From Octopus bimaculoides (lineage: Eukaryota), in NCBI RefSeq assembly GCF_001194135.2, contig NC_069003.1, positions 774,771-838,770 of the forward strand: a stretch of DNA of 64,000 bases, read 5' to 3'. A program made the position numbers and the translations under genes. Numbering within the stretch: the stretch's first letter is position 1; every line of letters starts with the position of its first letter. Under the pieces are notes generated by a model. The model had not been told where the DNA came from. It was given only the letters and a program-made list of their open reading frames with translations, and did no database searches. Below, piece after piece: positions 50,859 through 64,000 of this stretch.

Positions 50859-53766
50859 CGAATGTACACATACATGAATGTACATATTTATATACCTGCA
50901 TATCTACCTATCTCACTACTTTGCTGTCTACGAATACGTCAATGTAAACAATGTGGTCGGTGATAGAAAAATAGGCGACGAGTGTATACACCTGTTTTTG
51001 GAGTTCTTCAGCACCACATGGTGGCCATTAACCAGCCACGAACCATCAACAACTGCTGAAATATGCATATACACCCATCACCGACATTTTCTGTTTTCAG
51101 TTGCATTTCTTACATAGACATATTCGTATATGGAAGGTCGTAACTTTCAATGCTGGCTCTAAATTACCTAAGAGAATCTGTAGAGAAATATTTTAAAAAC
51201 TGTTTGATTCTCGCTGCTAAAATAGCATTGAATTAGAAGCTTTTAATATAAATGGAAGTATGTTATGCTTCTATAACAAAATACAGTGTCCCTACCAGCA
51301 ACCAATGTCTACATGATTTTGTGGTAACAGCATGAGCTTTAAAATACCTATAGAGCAGGCTGTAACACTAGGAATCGATTGTAAAATATGACACAGACAA
51401 AAATGGCGGATATTGAGCAAAAAAAAAGAGGTGTTTACTCAGAGTCAATGAGCATACATTGAAATATTGCTTTACTATTTTGTTACTAAAGGATGATCGA
51501 TACCAACCACCGTTAATTATGATTGCATAACGCCTAGAAAATCGATTATTAATGAAGTTGCAACAAAATGCCAGCCCAAATTTGATTCCGTAAACAAATT
51601 TCTTATACGGAAGTAAATAGAAAATATTGACGTCCACACAACATAGAAAATGTCCCGGTTGAACGACCATCATCACTTACTTTCATACGGCCATTACTTC
51701 TATATGGTCACCTCCCTTATGTATGTATGTATGTATGCATGTATGTATATATGCATGCATGCATGTATGCATGTATTTATGCATGTATGTACGTATGTAT
51801 GAAAATGTGTGATTGTTCTTATTTTAATTCATATGTATGTTCATATTTTAATTCATATACATACATACGGATAAAAAAATACGCATATAAATATGCGTAT
51901 GTATTTACGTATATCCTTTTAAACGTCTATCAATCTGTCTGTCTGTTTGTCTATCTAGCGCTATATGGAAATAAATTAGCTATACAAATTCAATAAAACC
52001 TAGGTACATCAGCACGTAGGACGGCAGAAATGGCTAGGTACGATAGCGTAGTGTTCTCAATGATGTAAACAAGACAGGATACAGCATACACCAAAAAAAT
52101 TCTGCAAATCTACCGAAACAGCTGTTGTAAATATTAAACGCCATTTGTGTTTTCCTTTTTGTGTGTGTGAGTGTGTGTGTGTGTGTGTTAGTGTGTGTAT
52201 GGATATATGCATATTCCTATGTATGCATTATACGTATGCGTGTGTGAATTTATGCATAATAACATTAACTTGCACAATGATATCCACCATGAAATAATAG
52301 AATTGAAGATTTGTAATACGGAAATTTGCATTCAGTGTCGAACACAATGAAAAGAAAATCTGTAATTAATATAACACAAGTTTCAAACATTGACTGTCTC
52401 GTTTACTTCCTGAAACAATACTGCACATTGTTTCAGCTTGTCGGACACGACATCTTATGAAATATTCTTTGAGACGCAAGAATGTAGCGACACCGCTCTA
52501 CATAGACCAGGACATCCGGTTTCAACTCCTCAGTGAGAGAAATCTCTCTGTTGCTGACATGAACATAATTCTATTTTTTAGACAATGACAGTGTGAAGTT
52601 GGGGATTCTTATGATGACACAGAAAGATCAACAGATCACATATAATAATCCTGACAATGAAGTGCGAAAATGATGATAATGCACCAATAATTGACAAATG
52701 TTTGTAATGTTTTGTAGAAGTGAGTTGAAAGGATATGAAATTTAACGCTTCTTGTTATGTGTATTTTCTGCATTTACACCGCTGCCATCGCTCCCATGAA
52801 TCTGTGTACCCCAGCCATACTGTCTTCGGAACATCCTAGTGGAATATTGAATAATTGTACGACCAAGATGAAGCATATTTCACATAATATTAAGATTATC
52901 TATATTACATCTTGGACGTTGGCTACTCCATGGATAACAACGCCTGCTGTGGCGATTTTAGACACTTGCAGTTAAATATCTCCGACATGATCCAGTCTGT
53001 GGACGACTTATCCCAGCAGAGCGAGTGTATGAGGCTAACTTAAAAGACTTAATGTTAAGCGTAGCGACGTATCTACGCATCTGAGAGCTTCAGTTGTGTG
53101 TGCACGATGGCAAAGCGATGAACTGTTTGGCTCCGTGATGTGATGGCGGATATGTTTGTATATGTGGACGATCGTACGGATGTGGGTAGATGCGAATAGT
53201 TCTTGACGGGTAGGGATTAACAATGCCTGAAAGTGTACTTGTATCCCAGACTTTATTGTGTGATTGTGCGTGTGCAATTATTCACACACACATACACACG
53301 CCCGCGCCTATGTGCACAGACACACACGTACAGATACATGCACATACACACACGCACACACACGCACACTCGCATACACATGTGATATAAAGTCAAATTC
53401 AAATAAATGTGTATCTATCTCTCCTTATATCTATATGGGTGTGCTAGTGTCTGTGCGTCTGTGTGCTTCTGTATTACTGAATATTAATTAATTTGTCTAA
53501 TCAAACTTTATAATTTGCTAATATGACAAATTGTTTCAGTAGAAGACCTGGGAAATCTCTTATCTTTCATGCAACATAGCTTCGCTATTATTTCCACCAA
53601 AATCGTTTGATAAACGATATGCGATGGACACCAGATAAGGGGAGTTACAGAATAAACTCCGTTTGTTATAGCCACACATATATCTATTCGTATTTCACTC
53701 TGAGTGTGTGCATATCTCTGTACCTATGCATGTATATGTGCATCGGTGTATATGTATGTATGCATG

Positions 53767-53767
<1 letters not shown>

Positions 53768-53828
<61 letters not shown>
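53768..53828. repeat. (ATCT)n tetranucleotide microsatellite
   Basis: About 15 units. Confidence 0.95.
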
Positions 53829-53829
<1 letters not shown>

Positions 53830-54051
53830 TATATAAAACACACACAGACACACATATATATGTGCGCAATGTATTTTATCACTGTTTCCACTTAGTTTAT
53901 CACAAGTGTAATAGGTTAAACGCTTGTTCGATTAATCATTGATTGCTTATGACTTTGGCGTTGTGTCTGTCTACAAAATATATACACATATATACATATA
54001 TATGCATATAAATATATGTGTGTGTGAGTGTATATATATATATGCATAGAA

Positions 54052-54094
<43 letters not shown>

Positions 54095-54239
54095 NNNNNN
54101 NNNNNNNNNNNNNNNNNNNNNNNNNNNNNNNNNNNNNNNNNNNNNNNNNNNNNNNNNNNNNNNNNNNNNNNNNNNNNNNNNNNNNNNNNNNNNNNNNNNN
54201 NNNNNNNNNNNNNNNNNNNNNNNNNNNNNNNNNNNNNNN

Positions 54240-54278
<39 letters not shown>

Positions 54279-54569
54279 TGTATATTATACGTGTGTGTGT
54301 GTGTATGCAGGCGCGACTGTGTGTATCAAAATATTCAAAATTTATGGGATGCGATGCGAAGCAAAACTAAAATGAAGCATCCAATCCGAGTCCAACGCAC
54401 CGTAATTATAGCCACGAATGTTAGGGGTGTTTGTCCTATTTACTTAACATTTTATTTCAACACAGAATTTTGTTCTCATTTCTTGAAGCCGATCCTTCTT
54501 CTCATGAACAAACCTAAAAACATTGCTTGCTAGGCTTTAGGGTTTCTCTCTGTGAGTGATTTTCATGGA

Positions 54570-54810
54570 TTAAGAATCTATGAGGAACGCCATGCAGAAT
54601 TGATCAACAAATGCTATATACTTGTCTAAATACTTAAGGTCTGAAAATCTAACGGAGGTCTCCAGCGACATTTTAAGATCCACAAAGATCAGAACTTAAC
54701 TGCGGTTCCTGGTGGTCCAAATCGGATATGCAAGCTATATGGGTGTCTTTTCAATACATTCTCTGGTTTAAAAAGCCCCATCAGACGCCATGATGGATAT
54801 AAGGTGTAGG
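54570..54810 (+). mobile_element. RTE-like LINE extreme 3' remnant (decayed C2H2)
   Basis: IYEERHAELINK and RICKLYGCLFNTFSGLKSPIRRH resemble C..C...F.T.SGLKSH.R.H. Confidence 0.5.
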
Positions 54811-55167
54811 TACATGAGTAGACAAACAACATAAGGAGTCGACAAACATAACTTATACACACATACGCACACACACACATGTATGTATATATTTGTTTGT
54901 AGATAAGCGTACACGCTAGGACATAACTATGCATACGTGTATATATGAATATATATTTGTTTGTCGATGTATATGCTTGACTGTATATTTGTGCGTTTGC
55001 GTATGCATGTGTGTGTTTGTGTGTGTGTGTGTGTATGTGTGTGTTTGTGTGTGCGAAGAAAATGTTAAAATACCAGAGAGAATATCTACTGATCTGGGAA
55101 GCGAAAGTTTCATGTTTCGAATTCCCAATCATAGAAATATGAACGAGTGGATTTAATATTTCGGTTT

Positions 55168-55300
55168 AAAATGTTGCCGGACAAAATGCACCTCGTCGCT
55201 CTTTATGTTCTGAGTTCAATTTCCGTTTTTGCGTTTTATCCGTTCATTCTTTGGAGCCATGGCGACGATGTAATCGCCCCCCCTCCCCGCTTCCTGTACT
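55168..55300 (+). mobile_element. SINE family A, degenerate
   Basis: gccggacaaaatgc...tatgttctgagttcaatttccg...cgatgtaatcgccccc. Confidence 0.65.
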
Positions 55301-58109
55301 TTCAGTTAAAATGGCAGGAAAATACAACTGGAAAAGAGACATGGATATCAATTTTTAGAAAAAAAAAAAACATTAACTGTAAAAATGGGGTTTTAGATAT
55401 ATATAAAGTTCACTCTTGGAACCGATTAAAATGGAAGACGACAGCCGGAAAAACGAGAACAAACAAAAAAAAAGTGTAATTTATGATTTAGAAATAAATG
55501 ATGATAAGTAACCAAAATGCTTTCTAAGCAGCTTCCACAAAAAAAAAAACAGAAAAAAAGGCGGGGAATTTGTGTTTATGGGAAATGGTGTACGACATTG
55601 AGGAGAAAGTTATCTTATGCAAAGTTAGTGAAAGATTCAAGGCAAATATCTCCGTGTTGCTCGTAGTGTAGAACTAATGTGTAAAACGTTATTGTGGAAT
55701 AATAAATCCAGCAGGGTTTTCGAAATAATCGCATACATACACACAAATATATGTATACAAAAACACACAAAGACACACACACACGCACACACGCACAGAC
55801 ATTTATATATATACGTATAAAAACCTAACAACATTCAGATACGCAAACATACAGATAAATATCGAGATAAAGTGAAAAAAACACAAAAATGCCAACGGAA
55901 AAACATATACAAAAACAAACTAGTTAAGAATAACAATTTCTGTAATTACCTAAAATCAAATGTGACGCCTCGTAAGTTTGTCTAATTAACGGTTCAATGT
56001 TCTAGTTTATACACCACGAGCAATTTCGATTTAATGTAACCGTTTGGGGTGGAAAGGATAACGAATTTAGTTAAAGCGAAAAAAATGTTTAAAATAAGTA
56101 AAGAAAAAACATATTAGATCGATGAAACCAATCGGAAATAGATAAATATTTGACTGAGCATCTTGTGTTTGAAATTATAAAACTGTTATAGCAAGAAGAG
56201 TTAGTTTGTGTGAATGTGTGTGTGTGTGTGTGTTGGGGGGGGGGAGAGTACGCGTATGTGTGTGTGTTGTGTATGGTGTGTGTGCGTGAGTAATCGCGGT
56301 GTGTTTGTGCATGAGAGCAAGTATGAATCAGTGAACGCACGTCAGCGTATATCTGAAATGACACTGGAAGATGTCTTGAGGCTGCCTTTAGGATGAAGTA
56401 CACACAGTTAAGTTCAGGCTGACACAGTAATTGTTATGAAGTGAAAATAATGTTTAATCAATTGAAATCATAGCCGTGATAGAAATAATAGCAAATTCAT
56501 TAAAGTCGAAGACATTTTACTATTCAGGAGGACAAACCGCAAGAATTCGCGATGTTGTAATTCAGTAAAATTAAATGGAAATGAGCAGCGAGATAGAAAT
56601 AATTCATTGATCGGGGATGTGTAAAGTTTGGACCTGTTTCATATTAGGCTTCGTTTGCGATGCGTTGCGGTGACACACCTACAACAAGAAAACAATTACG
56701 AGACGTATTTGGAACTGCGAGATTACTTCTACACTCACACATACACACGCACAAGTCTCACCAGTGCACACGTATTTTGATGGAGCTTTTTTATCTACAA
56801 ATAAAATGCATATATGCATCTGTGAATGTTTGTGTATATGTATATGTATATATATACATACATGCATATATATATATATATANNNNNNNNNNNNNNNNNN
56901 NNNNNNNNNNNNNNNNNNNNNNNNNNNNNNNNNNNNNNNNNNNNNNNNNNNNNNNNNNNNNNNNNNNNNNNNNNNNNNNNNNNNNNNNNNNNNNNNNNNN
57001 NNNNNNNNNNNNNNNNNNNNNNNNNNNNNNNNNNNNNNNNNNNNNNNNNNNNNNNNNNNNNNNNNNNNNNTATAGTGAGAGAGAGAGAGAGAGATGTATA
57101 TGCAGACTACGTATACATATAACATTTAATACATTTGTGGTTATTGTTAAATACTTTCTCCAGTCTAAGTTTAAGAGAAAATATTTGGGGGACACTGTAA
57201 ATAATATTTTTACTCAAACGTGAAAATATTTTCAGTTATGCTGGGTTTATCAATCTATAGACAGCTTTTGTACAAAATCATTCTTATCATCTGTAAAAAT
57301 AGGTTAAGATTGTCTGGATGAATTCGGTTCTGCTCTGCCTTCAAATTCCAGACAAATGATTATTCTTTGACGCAGAATCTATTCCAATTTAGGTTTTTAC
57401 CACCATTTACACTCTTTCCGGATCCAGAGCAGAATCAGGTACAATCTTATGAATATTAAAATATTCATAAGATCTTAATTTAAAAGATATCAACTTAACA
57501 AACATGCATGATATCAGGTATTACGTTGGTTATAAAAATTAAGAGAACATTAAATTTGTACAACGGAGATCATTGAAATCTTTTTGATAGTAAAATAGCA
57601 AACGAGTAAAAACGATGGAGGACTTCGAACACGAAAAATAAAACAAAGTTTTATAACCTTAAATATTTCAAGCACAAAGACGCATCATCAGATGTAAACA
57701 ATACCAATCATATTGATCACTGTAGCCGATAATAGTTAGACTAACATTTCTTGAGTGTTTGCTTCTGACAATGGGCATTTGTGCCTGAAATATATAAATA
57801 TTATCAAACATTCTCTTTCCGCATTGTAAAAAATTCTTCGTCTTCAGGATTTTGTTATTTTTCTTCTTTATCACAAACTACAAGGATATGATTTTATGAT
57901 AGCATCCTGTATAGCTATTTCTAGTATTTCAATATTAACATCTATATTTATAGATATCCTATAATCGTATTTTTGCTTTCGTACGACGCTATTTTTATCT
58001 GAGGATATATTCGCGTCATTGTATTATATAATTCGGATACAATTTCAATTTCCGCTAACATTTTTAGATATTTAATTTCTCACCGTTTATCATAGAGTAT
58101 ATTTTTATC

Positions 58110-58212
58110 TATTTCTGCAGTCGACCTGGTTGATAGTTTTTGCACATGGTCGTGCCCCAGCATGGCCGTAGTACAATACATGAAACGAGTAAAAGGCAGT
58201 AAAGGATAAAAA
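58110..58212 (+). mobile_element. SINE family B 3' fragment
   Basis: gtgccccagcatggccgtagtacaatacatgaaacgagtaaaagg. Confidence 0.7.
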
Positions 58213-58902
58213 GTAATATATGTGTTCATGTATATATGTGTGTGCTTGTCTGTTCATGTATGTTTGCATGCATGTTTGTATGTATGTTTGAACGTATACA
58301 TGCCTAACAGCATCCATTACGCCCCACAATTCAACGATTCTTTAATAATCTTATACTTAACTTCATTTGGACAGTTTGTCACTAAATTACTTATTAAGAA
58401 TTACAAATCTGAAACCAACTTCTCTCGAATATAAAAATCTGTCATTTAAACTATCATCCACATAGGAATAACCTATTAAAGTTTATATTACATTACAATA
58501 CACACTACTTTTAGCGAATTTGCTTTGAAATTTACTATTTATAACACTATAAAAATATAAATTGTTGAAGTTGGTGTCGCATTAACAAGTAGACTTGTTA
58601 GAAATAGATACTAGAATGAAAAGTCAATGTTATTCCGTATACAGTTAGAAGTGAGATTTGGATGGCATGTAGAGCTGGAGGTCCTTCACTGAGGAAGCGC
58701 AGTACGATGATATCCCGTGAACAGGTAGTTCCGGTGCACATTCCGTACAATACTTGTTTGCTACAATAAATGACTACTCTCTTTGCACTGTACATCTATA
58801 TGAGACAACCTCTCAAATAGAATATGACAATATTCGGCACTCTCATAACACATCCACATTTATTAGGATATAACGATTGCAAACTCACACACACACACGC
58901 AC

Positions 58903-58933
<31 letters not shown>

Positions 58934-59729
58934 AATACAAACACGCAAACACACATACATGCACACACATGATAATATTTATACGTTTTGTTTTAGGTAG
59001 ATACATTTCACTATAACTCGCTGAAGAGTTCTAATAAAACCAGAATATATCAAGAGAGGTCATTGAATCTGCCAGGAACCACCCTCGTTCACCTTCTGCA
59101 TATTTCCATTAAACTGTGTGTTAATTGAACCTTCGGGATTTCTTTACCCTCACCAATTTGAAAACATGTAGCATTAACGGTAATGACTCTTTTCCCCCAT
59201 TGCATTTATAATTTAATTAATTCTTATTCATTCTCTGTTCATGGCAATAAGTATAACAGAATTCTTGTAAATATATGACCTGGAGACATTCTGGGAAGAG
59301 TCTCATGCCATGATATATCTACATATATATACATTCAGGCATACGCACAAACAGACACACATGTGCAGGTATGTATATATGTTTCATTTCTACATAAGTT
59401 AGCGTGCATAAACATACGAAGATTCACAACCCGCAAACACCACACACATACACACACAGCACACATAACACACACATACACAACCATTCTTTTATTCGCT
59501 TCCGCCATGCAGCTGCAATCAGGTTAGAGCACCATATATACACACACACACACACAAACACATTTATACATACATATACATATATGCCGTATATACACAA
59601 ATATATGTATATATATAAGTGTATTTATATATGTGTGTATATATATGTATATATCAGTATATGTATGTATATACAGTTTTCACTAAAAATATTTATACAT
59701 ACACACACACGGAGATAGGTATTTATATG

Positions 59730-59765
<36 letters not shown>

Positions 59766-62700
59766 TATATGTATTTACTCTACTCTTTAAGTAACTACAG
59801 CAATATTACGACTTTGCGATTTTATAATCTGAAATACAGACAGGAAGCTTCGAATGCATTATCTATTTCCGGTTACACTATCATTTTTGACTTAGTCATT
59901 TCTTTTTTTTTTTAGTATTTGTTTTACCAACTATCCTATCGTGTACATTAGGTAGACATTACCCGCGGTAAATAGACTAGATCATTGCACATCTAATTTT
60001 TTTTAACGATATGTTTCAATTCATTTTAGATAATTAAAAAAATATTTATCTCCCGTATATATATATTTTTTGCTATTTCCTATTATGTTCTTTGTTCTCA
60101 ACTTGATTGTGTATCCCTGTGTATGTTGATATGTTTGTGTATGTATTTATGTCTCTCTTCGTGCTGAGAGTCAGTGCACTTGCAGCTTCGTTTGTTTGTT
60201 TTGTGTTTGGTTGTGTATATATTTATATTTGTCTATATACGGACGTGTTTGTGCTTGTTTCTATGTGTGTAGGATCGTGTGTATATGTATTTTGTGTCTA
60301 CCTCGATATTTTTGTGAATACATCTTTATGCTTATGTTTGAGTAAATACGTATTGCGTCTATATATCTTTGTGTGTGTGTTTGTGTGCGTATGTGTGTAC
60401 GTGTGTATGCCTGTCTAAATGGCTGGTTACTGTAAGCACCTTTGAGTGTATTTCTAGCATGATATCAGTTATCTCTAATTACTAGCAACCCGAGGACATG
60501 TTCTTTATTTTATCCTCTGTCTGCACCACCTTAGACATATATTGTCCTTTTATCGTTATTTTCTCAAAACTAGACACACTGAAAAGTTAAAAATGGAGTT
60601 AACGATATCAGAGAGCAAAACAGCAACGACATCAAGAACAATAACAACTACAAAGAAATAAAATATCAGCAAAAACTGAAGGACATTGAGAGAAATTTAG
60701 AAGAGACGCATTGAGCAGAATGTAAAACACCAAAACTGAATAAAAAGTAAAAGAAAAAAATATAATTGTATCGCGGACATTACTCTAGCGTAATCGGAAA
60801 GAAGGTTGCAGTAAATAATATAAGTAACTTGAGAGGTCCTTTGGTTGAAATCACTATAAAATCTTGTTGAAGTATTGTTTTACATTTGAGATTATAACTC
60901 GGCAGACCGTTTTTAGGCAACGTATACCGATTTATCACTGAATAAACTAAATTAAGACAACATAATCTCGTATCAACTAATAGCCAACAGTTGAAGACCA
61001 ACAACCCAGGCAATTGCCATCCTGTTCAGTTTTCACCAACTAAAATAACACAACACACAGCACATCCACTACGAAATCAACCACTGACAGGAACTTACTT
61101 CCTATCACTCACACAATAGAAAACACAATCCGAAGGCAACCAAATAACTCGACTTCCATTACGCATACACATACATAATAGACGATATAGACGAACTCGA
61201 AAACAATGCAATTGTGATGCATTCTACATATATAATCCTGCACTCCAGAAAGGCTACGCGAGTTCATTGAAGAAGAAAGGTTGCACAACGAGTGCTAGGG
61301 AAGAAACATGTTTATATCTATTGAATATGATACGGAACTAAGAAATGTGCCATTGACGATAATAATGATGGTAAACTGGCATGTTGTGAACAATAACAAC
61401 AATAAGCATAGTTACAACAATGCCGATTGCATTGACAACAACGGCAACATGTCTCCTTCTCTACGTAGTGAAGCAGCTACCTCCGAATGTAAGACAAAGA
61501 ACACATATTGTAAATAATCCCTTTCCAATATCCAACTTTTACAAACCTTATTGTATATTATTTCACAATATTGTAACGCAATCCACACAGCGCATGCTCT
61601 AACACAGATTTTACGATAAACTGAGGAGAATCGAATAAAGATTATTGACGGCCCTGAAGAATATTGACGTTTCTTTGCTTCATCTATCAGAGAATTTCTA
61701 TCTGTGTATAAAGCTTTAAGATATACAGGTTTGAGAATTTGTCTAAAAAACATGAAAAATTAGTAAAAGTAGAAAATTAAAGAACAGAACAAGAGTGAGG
61801 TGGACAGAACCTTGTTTGGTTCCTGCTCATGGTTTTTTTGCATACTCACGTTATATATTGAGAATAACGAAATCTGATGTCTTCTATATATGCTACAACC
61901 ATTTTTTATGGAACCACCGAGCATTTACAAACGAGGTTTTAATATAGTTTCTATCAGTAGTTACATGTGTAAGTTTGGTATAAAGAATGGTTTTAAATTT
62001 TATAATGCTTTCTAGTGTATTTGGTTTTATGGTGTGATACATGACACACGGTATCTTACATTCAATCGTATATTAACAGGTCAGCAGAGAAGGAAACGTT
62101 TTGCGAATAGTGTTAATAGAATATGTGTTTACAAAAGAATGATTTTTTTTTATTTTGAATTATCGACCTGGAAATAATAACATAGGCAGAGTGTCAGAAT
62201 AATCGGTATTGATGTTAATTTAATTGTCACAATTGTGCGAAATACTTATCAATAAAGATGCATTCATTTAATTTCCAGTGTAAATTTATATCATATAATA
62301 CGCTTATATTGAAATGTTAAGTCAATAAATATAAAAACAATACTTAAACTATTTTAATTTTAAATTTTGTATAAATTTATAAATATGAATTCATATTAAT
62401 TAACTCGAGTCAGATACTGTTTTAAGTAAATGTTTTGTTCTATTTTCAAAATGTTAGTTAAATTTTTATCAAATACAACTGGAAATACCTCTCCATAGAT
62501 TGTTGGTTAAACTTACGAGAAGTGAGCATGCCACAAAACATTGTTGCAATAAATACACCTTGAAGAACAGCAACAGGAATTTATTATAGAAATTACATAA
62601 CCCCGCCCCAAAAGGAGACAGTGAAACGAAAGCTTTTTGTGATGTACCTTGGCTCTGAACTACGAAGAGCACCGCCCAGTCTGCTTCCTTTTAAAGTATG

Positions 62701-63855
62701 TAACCTTTTGATGATAGCCACACATCTTATACAGATAAGTCTTTACTGTTTATTTTTAAATATATTTCAAATCATCGAAAGTGTGAAGACAAACTTTTGT
62801 GAAACATAAACTGGCTCAAGAAAAATACTTAATGGCATCATATGAAACCTCATTTCTGATTACAAAATTTAAAACTACAATAATTGCGTTGCTTGTGGCA
62901 CGTAGAGTCAAGAGACGACCTAAGCGGGTGGAATCAGAAAGCTTTGCACGGTGACATGATGTAGTATGTGATATAATAACAAAAATTAGCAAAAACCAAT
63001 TCGTGCCACTAAAAGAAACATTTCGATTTAGAATCAGCTGGGTTACGAGAATCGATGGACACCATAAATGTGGCGTAATTTCTGCTACATGGAAGATATG
63101 TACATGAAAGCAGCGTGAAAGAGCAATTACTGCTTTTTGTCACTCACTTGATTAATATACAACAGATGAAGCTGTTTCCTAAAAGGGGAATCACTTTTTT
63201 AAANNNNNNNNNNGAATTATTGTGTTGGAATATATGTCAATGATGTAACAATAATAACCACAGAATATGTAAGAGTTCAAACTAAATTTCCATCTGCAAC
63301 TGCTGCACATAAAACGTTCGCTTAGTGTATGATGTGAGATGCAGTAATATTTAAAAGCAATTTCTTACTAACTAAATACGGTAACAAAAAAATGTCGTAA
63401 AAATTACGAGCTTCATTAAACGAGTCTTTGGGTAGTTCTTTATTTGGTAAATTTAAGTCAGGATTTGAAATCAGACTTCAGTAAAGATTTACTACATATA
63501 AAGATGCGACGGCTGTCAAATGAACAATCAGTGAGATGGTTTTAACAATGTAGAATATTCAATGTTGTTTTCACAGAAATTAATACGATATCTTCCAGAA
63601 TTCGGTGATATTCAAATAAGGCACTTTTTAAATTTTTGTCCGATTTGTTCTTTACGAATTGTTTGTCGTTTTTATACTTTCTGGGTTATTTTTATTTATT
63701 ATTGAATCTGTTCATTAATATTAGTGAAATCGATTGGCACGATTGTCACGTCGCAATTCGTCTGACAAAATGAAAATAAAAATAAACGTGTCGAGTGAAG
63801 AAAGTTTAAGAAACAATGTGCTCAAGAATCTCTAATACAATAATCACAACGCACT

Positions 63856-64000
63856 TATGAATATATACATTTATATGAATATATATATGAATATATATAT
63901 ATACATTTACATAAATATATAAATATATACCTTTATATAAATATATACATTTACCTTTATATAAATATATACATTTACAAATATATACCTTTATATAAAT
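63856..64000. repeat. AT-rich minisatellite (about 20-bp atatatac(a/c)ttta(t/c)ataaat units), runs off the window end
   Basis: Direct reading. Confidence 0.85.

Noticed and set aside
61600-61744. Strong minus-strand acceptor with branch-like ACTAAT and open frame QILKPVYLKALYTDRNSLIDEAKKRQ
   Set aside because: No convincing donor; such acceptors are common by chance in AT-rich DNA.

Overview
AT-rich, microsatellite-saturated animal genomic DNA from a gapped short-read scaffold (13 N-runs, most flanked by microsatellites). The tRNA-derived SINEs and LINE remnants resemble repeats I recall from Octopus (an O. bimaculoides-type assembly); this is from memory, not a database search. I can support no intact protein-coding gene, rRNA, tRNA or CRISPR array. 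Nearly all ORFs in the track are translations of (CA)n/(TA)n/(GTN)n repeats or N gaps. The window reads as intergenic or large-intron DNA containing about 20 SINE copies (families called A, B, C and D here), decayed RTE, R4/Dong-like (RLE) and Tx1/L1-like LINE fragments, a Gypsy gag-like island, a Helitron-like N-terminal remnant, Tc1/mariner-type relics and several minisatellites. The most interesting signals are the gag-like CpG island (8.2-8.45 kb), a modular SINE with three alternative 3' tails (one resembling a local LINE 3' end), a ~98% identical 344-bp duplicated module, inverted SINE pairs (possible ADAR substrates), a multi-helix RNA-like motif (46.24-46.31 kb), a nested foldback (57.3-57.5 kb) and a few candidate exons. 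I found no convincing new biological system; all findings are hypotheses to test. Repeat boundaries are approximate (about +/-20 bp).
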